Shown: positions 1 to 10,070 of the stretch, piece after piece
Layout of the letters: each line of letters begins with the position of its first letter
Position numbering within the stretch: the stretch's first letter is position 1
Source: Promethearchaeota archaeon
GTDB taxonomy: Archaea; Asgardarchaeota; Lokiarchaeia; Sigyniarchaeales; SOKP01
NCBI GenBank assembly: GCA_019057795.1
Contig: JAHLWS010000069.1
Span: 20,659-84,658, forward strand
Length of the DNA: 64,000 bases
Direction of reading: 5' to 3'
The notes under the pieces: generated by a model
The model's database searches: none
What the model was told of the DNA's origin: nothing
What the model saw: only the letters and a program-made list of their open reading frames with translations
Translations under genes and position numbers: made by a program

Positions 1-293
1 ATAGTTATTTGGAGTCTCTAATTACTGAACTTGGATGCGAAAATGCATCGGTAAGCGGATCAACACTTATAATTGAGCGTTACGGTTTAACGAATTACAC
101 TGTCGAAATATCATACGGAGATAAGGGGACTATGTCCTCATTCACGGTAAAAGACATTGGTGATACGGTTATCTATCGAATAACCAGTTCTAATTCAGAG
201 TGGCTGTTTTATTTAATTCTAATAATAGTATCAACAAGCAGCATTGTATTAGTTGCTTATGTAGTTATTAGAAATTGGAGACATAAAAGATAA
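1..293 (+). CDS. 3' end of a CDS entering from upstream of the window; C-terminal membrane anchor (probable surface protein tail)
   Basis: The frame is open from the window edge with no stop before position 9. It ends in a hydrophobic helix WLFYLILIIVSTSSIVLVAYVVI followed by a basic tail RNWRHKR. Confidence 0.4.
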   Translation, partial: SYLESLITELGCENASVSGSTLIIERYGLTNYTVEISYGDKGTMSSFTVKDIGDTVIYRITSSNSEWLFYLILIIVSTSSIVLVAYVVIRNWRHKR

Positions 294-690
294 TTCTAAA
301 ACGATTTTTTTTTAACTTCTTTTTTTTTAATGATATCTTTTCGATTATTTCTCACCAAAATCAGTTTATTTATTAATATTAAGATAATTAATAACCAGTT
401 TAAACAAAAAATAAAAAAAAGCTATTAAAAAAAATGGCTCAAAAATTATTCAGAACTGTCTGGTAAATCATTTTTGGGAGGATTATAACCTGCGGGATAA
501 ATGTTAATTAAATCATGTGGAGTAGTGTCTAAATTATTCTTTTTAATAATTTTATATAAACAAGATTAAAAAAGAAAAAAAATAATATTTATTGGGGAGC
601 TTTAGAGTAAAATTTTTACTTAAAAACTCTCGTGAAGTCGGCAAGTAAATAATTCTAAAGCGCTCCGCCTTATTTTTCGATAGATGTATG

Positions 691-1161
691 TTAATTGTTT
701 GGTTCTTCGTTAATATCTATCTTTTTAGCAAGTTTCTTTCCTATCGTAATCCTTAAAAGACCGTTAGTCAATTTAGAAGATATCGTATTTTCGTCTGCGT
801 CAGCTGGAAGTGGAATGTCCATGTTTACTTCTGTGAACGTAAATCCTCTGAACGCAAAAGGAAATCCATGTTTTTCAGGCTTTTCTTTGCTCTTTTCACG
901 TTCTGGTACTTTCGGCTTGCTTGCTGTTACATTTAGATGTTTATTGATAAGCGATACTTTAACATCCTCTTTAGTACGTCCTGGTAATGGTACGGTAATT
1001 AAATATACGCTTCCTAAATCTTCTATGTTGTGGTGAATATAACCGCCCATAAAATCTCTCATAAAATGATGGGCCATTCGCTTCATTCTAGTTATGTCTC
1101 TTGGATTAATAGGGATGCAACCATGCATCATTCTTGGTCCAAAATTTCTGTCGTCACACAT
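691..1161 (-). CDS. hsp20: Small heat-shock protein, Hsp20/alpha-crystallin family
   Basis: Alpha-crystallin domain pattern: YLITVPLPGRTKEDVKVSL...HLNVTA ... FTEVNMDIPLPADADENTISSKLTNGLLRITIGKK. Confidence 0.85.
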   Translation of the reverse strand: MCDDRNFGPRMMHGCIPINPRDITRMKRMAHHFMRDFMGGYIHHNIEDLGSVYLITVPLPGRTKEDVKVSLINKHLNVTASKPKVPEREKSKEKPEKHGFPFAFRGFTFTEVNMDIPLPADADENTISSKLTNGLLRITIGKKLAKKIDINEEPNN

Positions 1162-1208
1162 TCGATTTTTTACCTCTTTTCTTTAATTTTTTTTTAAATT
1201 GATGAAAA

Positions 1209-1871
1209 TCAAAAGTTTTCGAAATCATCATCATCGTCTAGTATTTCAATAATTTTCACGTTTTCTTCCCTATTCTTCTTTATGTTATTGAGTAGAACTT
1301 TGTATTCAGAGATTTTTTTATCAATTTCTTTCAGTCTTCTTGAAAGTCTATGCTTCGATAAGTCTAATTCTTTAATTACTTTATTTACGCGTTCAATGTT
1401 TGCTAAAGAATAATCATTTTCATTAATTTTTCTAGATGAAGGTTCACAGTGATAAGGAAAGCAAGACATCATACTGTGTATGCGTTCCTCGTTAGGAATC
1501 CATGTTTTAACAATAGTTCGTATATATTCTCCAAGCGTGTTAATGCTAGGCTCTAAATTGCTTTTGAGTATTTCTTTCAATCCCTTTTTTCCAGATTCTG
1601 TTATTCGATATAATTTTAATTGACGATTGTTTCTGATTATTGCTTCAATGTTGATATATCCTTTCGTAGTTAACCTGTTCAATAAAGGGTAAATTGTTCC
1701 CGGTGAAGCTCGCCATAAATTTTTAAATTTTTCGTTGATTTTTTGAATAAGACCGTATCCCGAGATACCGTCGAAATTTTCTATAATAGAAAGTACTAGG
1801 ATATCTAACCCTGATAAGGATCCGCTCTGATGTCCGCTGAAACGTTTACCAAAAAACATTTTTTTCACCAA
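1209..1871 (-). CDS. PadR-family winged-helix transcriptional regulator with a long C-terminal helical extension (Phr-like architecture)
   Basis: wHTH core LSIIENFDGISGYGLIQKI...SPGTIYPLLNRLTTKGYI...YRITESGKK. About 100 additional helical/charged residues follow. It lies 47 nt upstream of hsp20 on the same strand. Confidence 0.7.
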   Translation of the reverse strand: MVKKMFFGKRFSGHQSGSLSGLDILVLSIIENFDGISGYGLIQKINEKFKNLWRASPGTIYPLLNRLTTKGYINIEAIIRNNRQLKLYRITESGKKGLKEILKSNLEPSINTLGEYIRTIVKTWIPNEERIHSMMSCFPYHCEPSSRKINENDYSLANIERVNKVIKELDLSKHRLSRRLKEIDKKISEYKVLLNNIKKNREENVKIIEILDDDDDFENF

Positions 1872-1972
1872 TTAGATAGTCTGATCTCGATATATCTAAG
1901 ATCGAACATTAATATTTTAATATAAAGACGCCTTAATAAATATATCGGAAATCGAATACATATAAAAGAATG

Positions 1973-2539
1973 TTATAATTCATTAATTTTTTGATGTACT
2001 TCCTTCCAATTATGAACCCTATAAATATTATTCTCACAAATAATATCTTGATTCCAGGGTTGATTAAATAGTAACAATGTTCTGTTTTTTAACTTCTTAA
2101 TTGGTTCTACTAAGCTCGGGTTATCATCAACGTAGAGATCATAACTTTGTTTTAATTTAATATCGTAAGGCCGATGGTGTAGTAAAATTAATTCAGAATA
2201 TTGAATACTCTCCCTAATATTGTGAAAATCTAACTTTTTTTTTATTGAAGAACGATATTCAGGTATCCGTGCTGAGAGTATATCCATGTCGTATACCTCG
2301 TTTAATTTTTTCATAATTTCCGGAGCGTTCTCGTCAATAAAAGGAATATTCATAGAATCAGCATATATTTCGTAGAAAATTTTGAAAGCAGTATCTTCAT
2401 CCACATTCCAATCTTTAAAAAAGTCCCATTTAGTAACATCTTTTTTTTGATGGTTAGTGCCATATCTTTTGTTGAATATTTCGCAATAGGTTACAATAAT
2501 ATCAAGTAAAACGCCATCTATGTCGATCGCGATTTTCAT
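1973..2539 (-). CDS. HAD-superfamily 5'(3')-deoxyribonucleotidase-like phosphatase
   Basis: N-terminal HAD motif I MKIAIDIDGVLLD. Size and the later DDNP motif fit the NT5C-type family. Confidence 0.55.
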   Translation of the reverse strand: MKIAIDIDGVLLDIIVTYCEIFNKRYGTNHQKKDVTKWDFFKDWNVDEDTAFKIFYEIYADSMNIPFIDENAPEIMKKLNEVYDMDILSARIPEYRSSIKKKLDFHNIRESIQYSELILLHHRPYDIKLKQSYDLYVDDNPSLVEPIKKLKNRTLLLFNQPWNQDIICENNIYRVHNWKEVHQKINEL

Positions 2540-2560
2540 AATAAAATAATTGGCGATAAT

Positions 2561-2570
2561 ATTATAAATA
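2561..2570 (-). promoter_or_regulatory. TATA-box-like element about 25-30 nt upstream of the 1973..2539 start codon (leaderless-type promoter)
   Basis: The minus strand reads TATTTATAAT. The spacing to the ATG at 2539 fits an archaeal TATA-to-TSS distance. Confidence 0.35.
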
Positions 2571-2573
2571 TCT

Positions 2574-2594
2574 TTATGTGATTATTATGTGATT
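2574..2594 (-). promoter_or_regulatory. Tandem direct repeat TTATGTGATT-A-TTATGTGATT (11-nt period) immediately upstream of the TATA-like box; candidate regulator site
   Basis: Exact 10-nt units at 2574..2583 and 2585..2594, read directly from the sequence. Confidence 0.3.
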
Positions 2595-2965
2595 TGTTCA
2601 AACCAAATTTTAGTAAATACTATTCTGTTTAGAAATTTTAAATTTACTTGAAATTATTCGTTAAGTTTTGTTGAATTTTTGTTGAAACTAAGCGTTAAAT
2701 TTATATAGCCACATTAATAATACAGTAATGGGACTCGATTCCCACAAATAATGCTATAAACGAAGGTGATGATTTAAAAAAACCTGAATTGAATACAGAA
2801 AAATAAAAAAGTTTATCCTTTCCTCTACTAGGATTAACAAACAACGACTTTTCTTTTTTTTCCCTTCTTCTTAATATTTTTTATATATATATGCTAAATT
2901 AATTTTTATGTCTTATATCGAATTAAAGTGCAATTAAATTTAAAATAAAAAGTTGTGAAGTCTAA

Positions 2966-3742
2966 TTGAAGCAAATAAAGGGAATTTTGGCAGATATTGA
3001 TGGTACTCTCTACTTTAAAGGTTCAGCAATTTCTGGAACGATCGAAGCCGTAGAAGAGCTACGAAAAAAAGGCATTAAATTGTTGTTTTTAACTAACACC
3101 GATAGTAAATCTCCTAGAACTGTGTTTAATACGCTGAATGAATACGGATTTTCTATTAAGGAGCGGGAGTTATTTACGCCGATTATTGCTTTAAAGGAAT
3201 TTTTAGAGGAATATCCCGATAAGAAAATTTATTTGGTTACAACTGAAGAGGTAAAAGAAGAATTTCAAAAATTTCGTCAAATTAAGAGTTCAGAAGTTCC
3301 GGATTTTGTAATTATAGGAGATTTTCAGGATAATTGGGATGTTAACAGACTTAATGTAGCTTTTAAATATGTTATAAAACATAAAGCTAAATTACTTGGA
3401 ACGCAAGGAAATAAATATTACCTAGATCGTAATGGAGAACCCGTAATAGATACGGGGTCTTTTGTGTGGATGATTGCCAACGCAGCAAATGTAACGCCAA
3501 AAATATTTGGAAAGCCTTCAAAAGAATATTTCGTACAGGCTTTAAAGAAGCTTGATTTGTTAGCTAAGGACACTGTTGTAATAGGAGACGATATCGAATC
3601 AGATATTGAAGGTGCTCTTAATGCCAACATTAGAGGAATTCTTGTAAAAACGGGAAAAGGAAAATTCTTTAATCCCTTAGAATCAGAGATACATCCAAAT
3701 ATGGTTATTAACTCGTTTAGTTCCATACTTGAACTGCTATGA
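2966..3742 (+). CDS. HAD-superfamily subfamily IIA hydrolase (NagD/LHPP-like sugar- or pyrophosphate phosphatase)
   Basis: Motif I ILADIDGTLY, motif II LTNTDS, GKPS lysine motif, motif IV VIGDDIESDIEGA. TTG start in the ORF track. Confidence 0.75.
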   Translation: MKQIKGILADIDGTLYFKGSAISGTIEAVEELRKKGIKLLFLTNTDSKSPRTVFNTLNEYGFSIKERELFTPIIALKEFLEEYPDKKIYLVTTEEVKEEFQKFRQIKSSEVPDFVIIGDFQDNWDVNRLNVAFKYVIKHKAKLLGTQGNKYYLDRNGEPVIDTGSFVWMIANAANVTPKIFGKPSKEYFVQALKKLDLLAKDTVVIGDDIESDIEGALNANIRGILVKTGKGKFFNPLESEIHPNMVINSFSSILELL

Positions 3743-3758
3743 ATTAATAATTTTGGTT

Positions 3759-3959
3759 TTATGCTGACATCGCTGAAGAATTAGGTGTTCCATTAATTTT
3801 GAAAATTTGATATTGATCCTTTATTTCATCAATATCTACGGTAATGAGCGTGTGAAGATGATGTTTTTTCTCAAAGAGCTCAATTTTATTTTGATTTATG
3901 GGATTATTTGGGTGAATTACTATATATTCCTTACATCTAATACATGCTCGAGCTCTCAT
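3759..3959 (-). CDS. Small hypothetical protein (66 aa)
   Basis: ORF only. One CxxC (CIRCKEY) and no recognisable family. Its coding status is uncertain. Confidence 0.25.
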   Translation of the reverse strand: MRARACIRCKEYIVIHPNNPINQNKIELFEKKHHLHTLITVDIDEIKDQYQIFKINGTPNSSAMSA

Positions 3960-4161
3960 AATACTTCTTCATCGATCTATCTTAAATCTATAATTATTAA
4001 AAATCAAATGTATAAGAAATTATTGTTTTTTTTTAGAAATGTTCGTGTTGATCGAACATAATATTAAAAGAGGTAATTTCTATACTATAGACTAGACTCA
4101 ATTTTGTTTTTTACAATTTCTTCTTTAATATCGCAAGTTTCTTTCAAGCAGATCGTTCACA

Positions 4162-6408
4162 CTAAATATCCATAAGGTTTGGTATCGTTGAGTCGTACAA
4201 ATCCTTCATCTTATCGATATCAAGTTTAATATCTTGAGATTTTAAACCTTTTACGTTGATTTCTGGTTTATTGGTTAAAACACCTAATTTTTTAACGGAT
4301 ACTTTAAATTTTTCGCAAAGAATCATAATTTCCTTAAAATCTTTTGGATCAGTTTCTATTATAAATCTCCCTACAGATTCGCTAAATAAAAGCTTATCGT
4401 CTCTTAAATTCTTGTCATTGTAACTATTTAGGTCTAAATCTGCTCCAAGTTTATTTTTGAAACACATTTCGCCAATTGAGATTATAAATCCTCCCTTGTT
4501 TACATCGTGATTAGCTTTAATCATTTTTTTTTCATACAATTCAAAAATAAAATCCCATCTTGCCTTGATTTTTTTCTCATCTACTTTAGGTGGAATCCCC
4601 CCTTCAATATCATATATAACTGAATGATATTCTGACCCGCCTAATTCATTTTCGGTTTCACCAATAATAAGAATGTCATTTCCTACATTTTTAAACGGTA
4701 AAGTTATTATATTTTCAACACCATCAATTATACCAACAATCATTATTACGGGTGAAGGCTTAATTGCCGTTTTAGTGACCTCGTCTTCGTTATAAAATGA
4801 AACATTTCCACCTACCACAGGGATTCTTAATTCTTTGCAAAAATCAGCCATACCTCTTACGGAATTTGCAAAATACCAGAAAGATTCAGGAATTTCAGGA
4901 TTTCCGAAATTACAGCAATTTACCATAGCTTTAGGCTTTGCACCGTTTGCTATTATATTCCCACAAACCTCTACAAGACCTCCTTTAGCTCCTTCGTATG
5001 GATCTAGGAAACATTGCTTTGAATTCGTTCCAACGCTCGACGCTAAAAATTTGTTAGTTCCGATTATTCTAAGCACTCCCGAGTCACCAGTTCCACATTT
5101 TACGACTGATCTAACTCCTACCTCGTGATCGTATTGTCTATAAACCCATTCCTTACTGCAAATATTTTCAGAAGCTATTAATTTGTAGATTATTTCTTCA
5201 AGATTAGAAGAAGGTTCAGGTGTTTTTTGGGATATAAGATCATCAAGAATTTCAGGTCTTTTTTCTTCGCGATCTATTATTGGAGACTCTGAAAGAGCTA
5301 TTGAAGGCAAACTAACTACTAAATTATCGCCATCATATATCTTCAAAACCTTAGAATCGTCTGTTCTGCCTATTACTGCGTGAGCCATTTCAAACTTTCG
5401 AAAGATTTCTAAGATTTTTTCTAAACCTTCTGGTTTTACTATAAATGCCATCCTTTCTTGGGATTCTGAAAGCATAATTTCGTAGGAATTCATACCCGGT
5501 TCACGCGTAAATATTTTACGCATCTCTATCCTAGCTCCCGTTCCACCATCTCCTGTTAACTCGCTTAGCGCACAAGATATCCCTCCTCCGCCAAGATCCT
5601 TTAATCCCCTTACATAACCTGTTTTTATAGCTTCTATAGTTGCTTCAATTATCATTTTTTTCGTAAACGGGTCCCCTATTTGAACCGCAGGTCTATCTGC
5701 TTCAGACATGTCTGTTAATGTCCTTGAGGCAAATGTTACTCCATGAATGCCATCCCTCCCAGTTGAGCCTCCCATAAGGATAATATAATCTCCCGGGTTA
5801 TATGCTCTACTCGGAGCGTGTTTAAAATCTTCAACGCTACCTAATCCGATGCATGCAACATTGACTAAACAATTGCTTTCAAAACTTCTATCAAATTCTA
5901 CCTCACCTCCAATGGTGGGGATTCCGGTACAATTTCCATAGTCAGCAATTCCCTTTACCACATATTTAAAAAGCCATTGAGAATGTGGATTATTTTTTAG
6001 TGTACCAAATCTAAGTGGGTCTAATAACGCAATTGGTCGTACACCCATACATAAAACATCCCTAATAATTCCACCTATGCCCGTTGCAGCACCATGATAA
6101 GGTTCTATCGCTGAAGGGTGGTTATGAGATTCAATTCGAAATGCTAACGCGTAACCATCTCCTATGTCAATAACCCCTGCATCTTGCCCAGGTCCAGCTA
6201 ATACATAATCGTAATTTTTTTCAGCATCTTCAAAAAGTTTTAATTTAGGACGAGATGATTTATAGGAGCAATGTTCGCTCCACATGACATCAAACATGCC
6301 CAATTCAGTGATAGATGGATCTCTTTCAAGCGTATCTTTTATCCACTTAACCTCTGGCTCCGTTAAATCAACTTTTAATTCTTCTCCATTAATTTTCACT
6401 TTAGGCAT
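4162..6408 (-). CDS. purL: Phosphoribosylformylglycinamidine synthase subunit II
   Basis: Full-length small-PurL pattern: EHCSYKSS, ESHNHPSAIEPYHGAATGIGGIIRD, GGSTGRDGIHG, and duplicated AIR-synthase-like halves. It is adjacent to purQ and purS. Confidence 0.95.
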   Translation of the reverse strand: MPKVKINGEELKVDLTEPEVKWIKDTLERDPSITELGMFDVMWSEHCSYKSSRPKLKLFEDAEKNYDYVLAGPGQDAGVIDIGDGYALAFRIESHNHPSAIEPYHGAATGIGGIIRDVLCMGVRPIALLDPLRFGTLKNNPHSQWLFKYVVKGIADYGNCTGIPTIGGEVEFDRSFESNCLVNVACIGLGSVEDFKHAPSRAYNPGDYIILMGGSTGRDGIHGVTFASRTLTDMSEADRPAVQIGDPFTKKMIIEATIEAIKTGYVRGLKDLGGGGISCALSELTGDGGTGARIEMRKIFTREPGMNSYEIMLSESQERMAFIVKPEGLEKILEIFRKFEMAHAVIGRTDDSKVLKIYDGDNLVVSLPSIALSESPIIDREEKRPEILDDLISQKTPEPSSNLEEIIYKLIASENICSKEWVYRQYDHEVGVRSVVKCGTGDSGVLRIIGTNKFLASSVGTNSKQCFLDPYEGAKGGLVEVCGNIIANGAKPKAMVNCCNFGNPEIPESFWYFANSVRGMADFCKELRIPVVGGNVSFYNEDEVTKTAIKPSPVIMIVGIIDGVENIITLPFKNVGNDILIIGETENELGGSEYHSVIYDIEGGIPPKVDEKKIKARWDFIFELYEKKMIKANHDVNKGGFIISIGEMCFKNKLGADLDLNSYNDKNLRDDKLLFSESVGRFIIETDPKDFKEIMILCEKFKVSVKKLGVLTNKPEINVKGLKSQDIKLDIDKMKDLYDSTIPNLMDI

Positions 6409-6410
6409 TA

Positions 6411-7118
6411 TTATGACCTCCTTTTAATAAATTCTACCATCGAATTAAAAAACAGCTTACCATGTGTCGTACCTTTAGGGGATAATATTGCTTCTGATGC
6501 TCGTTCTGGATGTGGCATTAATCCCATACAATTTCGTTCTAAATTACAAATTCCTGCGATATTTTCCATTGATCCATTAGGATTTGCATTTTGAGTATAT
6601 ATACCATTTTCATCTGAATATTTAAATACTATTAGCTCGTTTTCTTCCAATTCCTTTAAGTTGTCAGCAAAATATCTTCCTTCTCCATGAGCGATAGGGA
6701 TAGCAAGTACGTCACCGTTTTTCATTTTGTGTGTAAAGGGGGTTTTGTTATTTTCTACTCTTATGTTTATCCATTTACAAACGAATTTCAAAGAGTCGTT
6801 TTGTAAGAGAGCGCCAGGAAGAAATTCAGCTTCGATTAAGATTTGGAAACCGTTGCAGATACCTATTATAGGTCTACCGTCCTTCAACATGATACGAGCT
6901 TCATCTAACGCGGGGCTATGGGCTGCAATAATGCCCGCTCTTAAATAATCTCCAAATGAGAACCCTCCTGGAAGAATAACGCCATCAAACTCGGCTTCTT
7001 TAAAGTGATTATGCCAAACTAAGCTGGTTTCAACTCCAATAACATTATTTAAAACATGCATTGCGTCTAAATCGCAATTTGCTCCAGGAAATTGAATAAC
7101 AGCAATCTTAATAGTCAT
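6411..7118 (-). CDS. purQ: Phosphoribosylformylglycinamidine synthase subunit I (glutaminase)
   Basis: Class-I amidotransferase: GGFSFGDYLRAG, nucleophile ICNGFQIL, and HGEG...MPHPER. Confidence 0.95.
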   Translation of the reverse strand: MTIKIAVIQFPGANCDLDAMHVLNNVIGVETSLVWHNHFKEAEFDGVILPGGFSFGDYLRAGIIAAHSPALDEARIMLKDGRPIIGICNGFQILIEAEFLPGALLQNDSLKFVCKWINIRVENNKTPFTHKMKNGDVLAIPIAHGEGRYFADNLKELEENELIVFKYSDENGIYTQNANPNGSMENIAGICNLERNCMGLMPHPERASEAILSPKGTTHGKLFFNSMVEFIKRRS

Positions 7119-7384
7119 AATTTCTTCACGTTTAGAACGTTTAAATTCTGCGTAACTGGATTAAAGATTCTTAGGTCATTGCACATTTTTGTGACAATTT
7201 CCTTGGCATCTTCTTCATTGTTCGCCTTTAAAACGATTCTTAAATATTGACCCGAACGAACTTTGGATACTTGGTCATATCCTTTTTTTGCGAGCAAATC
7301 TCTTTTTATAGTCTCAGCTACGGGATCGCGAGCGGCAGGTTTGTTCTCCAACGAGATTTCTATTTCAAATTCTGATTGAGCCAT
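7115..7384 (-). CDS. purS: Phosphoribosylformylglycinamidine synthase subunit PurS
   Basis: 89 aa with a 4-nt overlap onto purQ. It has the PurS-like pattern (DPVAETIKRDL..GY..V..VR.GQYL.I). Confidence 0.85.
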   Translation of the reverse strand: MAQSEFEIEISLENKPAARDPVAETIKRDLLAKKGYDQVSKVRSGQYLRIVLKANNEEDAKEIVTKMCNDLRIFNPVTQNLNVLNVKKL

Positions 7385-7517
7385 TTATGAAAAAAAGGTG
7401 AGTAATAATTTTAATAGTTCTTATTAATTAATAAATAATTTTCTTCAATAAAATGCGACAAAAATGATTTATTTTTTATCTATTAAAATTTAAAGACCCT
7501 AAATCGAATCTAATCTA

Positions 7518-7718
7518 TTACAATTGCATAAAGCTAACTAAAACCAAGAGTAATAACGCAAAAAGGTTGAATAGAAAACTGTATTTACCGAGTTTTGGCA
7601 GTTTTTTGTCCATAACTCTGTTTTCATTCCTTTTTGTGGAAGTTAGATCAATAATCAGCGTAACAAAAGCAGCCATAAACAATGCAAATACACCAATCAA
7701 TAAAATAAAAATAAACAT
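7518..7718 (-). CDS. Small two-helix membrane protein (hypothetical)
   Basis: 66 aa with two hydrophobic segments separated by a basic loop TSTKRNENRVMDKKLPK. Confidence 0.3.
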   Translation of the reverse strand: MFIFILLIGVFALFMAAFVTLIIDLTSTKRNENRVMDKKLPKLGKYSFLFNLFALLLLVLVSFMQL

Positions 7719-7764
7719 GATAAAAAAATTACTATTAAATCTTATTTAAATCTTTTCCTAAGAG

Positions 7765-8742
7765 CTATAAATAATTTGCTTTCTTCAAATTGTTTACAAT
7801 TCTCTCTACCACATCGATGACTTCAGCTTTAAATTCTAACCCTGTAATCTTTTGATAGCTTTTCATGTATCTTTTTGTCAGCTCAATTTTAATTTCTGAG
7901 GAAATTGGAGGTATATCTTGATCCGGCTTAATATTTGGGAATATATTGGGGTAAGTTTCCATCAACCAACCCCGAAATATCTCTTTATCTAAAATTTCAG
8001 GTTCTTCGTCGTTTTCAAATCTTTCTTCGTAATTCTCTAACATCCAAAATCTGGACGAATCTTGAGTGTGTATTTCGTCGATTAATAGTAATTCTCCATC
8101 TTTCAAGCCAAATTCGTATTTCGTATCTACTAATATAAGTCCGTTTTTGTTGCAGTAATCTTGGCCAAATCTGAACAATTTAACAGCAGCTTCTTCCATT
8201 TGTAAATATATGTCTTTATCAACTCTTTTATCTTTTAAGATCGTATCTCTTGAGATATATATATCATGACCACTCTTTGCTTTAGTAGAAGGAGTTAAAA
8301 TAATATCGTCTAACTTTTGATTTTTTTTTAAACCGCTCGGTAAAACAATTCCTGAAGTCATATTGCCTTTAGTATAACTACGCCACGCTGTTCCAGTTAT
8401 ATACGCTCTTACAATCATTTCCACTGGAATCATTTCACACTGATGAACAACGGCAACGTTAGGATCTGGAATGGTTATAATGTGATTTTTAACTAAATTT
8501 TTAGTTTTTTCAAACCAAAAAGACGAGATTTGATTTAGCATCTGCCCTTTAAAGGGTATCGTAGTAATAACGCGATCAAAAGCAGATAAACGATCTGTAG
8601 CAATAATAATTCTAGTATCGCCTTTTATGTAATTATCTCGCACTTTTCCCTTATATAATTCCCCTAAAGATGAAAAATTAGTCTCATCTAAAGTCTTTTC
8701 GAATTGATTTTTAATTATATCATCTATTTTGTCAGTTACCAT
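7765..8742 (-). CDS. purC: Phosphoribosylaminoimidazole-succinocarboxamide (SAICAR) synthase, long (Ade1-like) form
   Basis: LYKGKVRDNY, IIATDRLSAFDRV, KGQMLNQISSFWF, LVDTKYEFG, DEIHTQDSSRFW. Confidence 0.9.
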   Translation of the reverse strand: MVTDKIDDIIKNQFEKTLDETNFSSLGELYKGKVRDNYIKGDTRIIIATDRLSAFDRVITTIPFKGQMLNQISSFWFEKTKNLVKNHIITIPDPNVAVVHQCEMIPVEMIVRAYITGTAWRSYTKGNMTSGIVLPSGLKKNQKLDDIILTPSTKAKSGHDIYISRDTILKDKRVDKDIYLQMEEAAVKLFRFGQDYCNKNGLILVDTKYEFGLKDGELLLIDEIHTQDSSRFWMLENYEERFENDEEPEILDKEIFRGWLMETYPNIFPNIKPDQDIPPISSEIKIELTKRYMKSYQKITGLEFKAEVIDVVERIVNNLKKANYL

Positions 8743-8821
8743 GTATATAATTAAGATAAAAAAGCATAAAAATTTTATATTGAAATTATTAACGCAAAAA
8801 TAATTAATAATAATAAAACGC

Positions 8822-9190
8822 TCATAGTTTTCGGTAAGAACCGTTGTTAAATTCTTCTGTTGAGTATTTATTTCTATTTTTTTCCATTTTTTTGATAAAA
8901 ATATCAGTTAGATCTACATTAACGCTATTTGTAATGCTAATTAAATATATAAACACGTCTGCAATCTCATCAGAGAGCTTTTCTAATATTTCCTTATTCT
9001 TACGAATAGTTTCAAGTGAATAATCTTTAAACAAAAAGATTTCGGATAATTCTGCAACTTCAATACTAAGTGCTTGAATTAAATTTTTTGGAGTATGAAA
9101 TTTAGCCCAGTTGCGTTCTCTAACAAATTCTCGCACTTCTTCTTTAAAAAAAGAAATTGTCGTATTATCATCTTTAAGATTTGGATTCAT
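8822..9190 (-). CDS. MazG-like nucleotide pyrophosphohydrolase (dCTPase-like)
   Basis: FVRERNWAKFHTPKNLIQALSIEVAELSEIF ... EIADVFIYL, which is the typical all-alpha NTP-PPase EExxE/D pattern. Confidence 0.7.
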   Translation of the reverse strand: MNPNLKDDNTTISFFKEEVREFVRERNWAKFHTPKNLIQALSIEVAELSEIFLFKDYSLETIRKNKEILEKLSDEIADVFIYLISITNSVNVDLTDIFIKKMEKNRNKYSTEEFNNGSYRKL

Positions 9191-9230
9191 AATTAAGTAA
9201 ACAACAACAAAATAGAATATAATTAAGATA

Positions 9231-10070
9231 TTATTGCTGGAGGTTTTTAATAAACTCGCATATTAACAGATTAATTCTATCCTTACGTTGAGCTGGGGCA
9301 AAATGTCCCGCTATATCAATAATTTCAAGCTTAGAATTTGGAATCATTTTATGGAGTTCTTCCGACATTTGTTCGGGAGCAAAATTATCTAATCTTCCAC
9401 CAATAATCAGCGTGGGGCACTTAATTCCAGAGGGATCGTATTCATTAATCTCATTTATCATACTAAATATCTGATCTTCAATAAGCATATACAATTCGTC
9501 TTTAGTCATTCTCGATCCATTTAAAGAGTCAGATAACGAAGTTAAAATATAGGGTATAATTTTATCTAAAATATCCTCTACAGAATTGGCAACCACATCC
9601 AAAAAATTTATACGGATAAAATATGGAAGCAGGTTGTAAAAAATATTTCTAACTACATTATCAATCATTATGTATCCTGAATTTAACAAAATTAAGAATT
9701 CTACATCATCCGGATATTTCATACAAACTAATTGTCCGATCATACCTCCAACCAGAGAATGTCCAATAATTCCATATTTTTCATTTACGCCTAAATTCTC
9801 TAATAAATCCTCTAGATCTCTTATGATATCGTACCTTAAATTCTTAGAAAGATTTATTTCTACAGGATGATCGCTCCTCCCATGCCCTAACGCATCAAAA
9901 GCTATGATACGGTAGTTTTCTCTTAACATTTGTATTTGCCCTTTGAAAAATGAAGCTGAAGAGGCGAAACCATGAAGTAAAATAATCGTACCTTCGTTTT
10001 TATCTTTAAATTCGCCGTTGATATCTTCGTAATACAGGTTATAACCTTCTTGGTTTTTAAAGAAGGGCAT
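9231..10070 (-). CDS. Alpha/beta-fold hydrolase
   Basis: ILLHGFASS oxyanion region, GHSLVGG nucleophile elbow, and C-terminal IAGHFAP histidine. Confidence 0.8.
   Translation of the reverse strand: MPFFKNQEGYNLYYEDINGEFKDKNEGTIILLHGFASSASFFKGQIQMLRENYRIIAFDALGHGRSDHPVEINLSKNLRYDIIRDLEDLLENLGVNEKYGIIGHSLVGGMIGQLVCMKYPDDVEFLILLNSGYIMIDNVVRNIFYNLLPYFIRINFLDVVANSVEDILDKIIPYILTSLSDSLNGSRMTKDELYMLIEDQIFSMINEINEYDPSGIKCPTLIIGGRLDNFAPEQMSEELHKMIPNSKLEIIDIAGHFAPAQRKDRINLLICEFIKNLQQ

Noticed and set aside
695-1036. 113-aa plus-strand ORF overlapping hsp20
   Set aside because: It is entirely antisense to a gene with clear Hsp20 motifs. Its composition is Ser/Leu/Phe-rich and it has no motif, so it is treated as a shadow ORF.
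3807-4061. 84-aa plus-strand ORF overlapping the 66-aa ORF at 3759..3959
   Set aside because: Its Ile/Phe/Asn-rich low-complexity translation is typical of AT-rich non-coding sequence. Neither overlapping ORF is strongly supported, so only the minus-strand one was kept, at low confidence.
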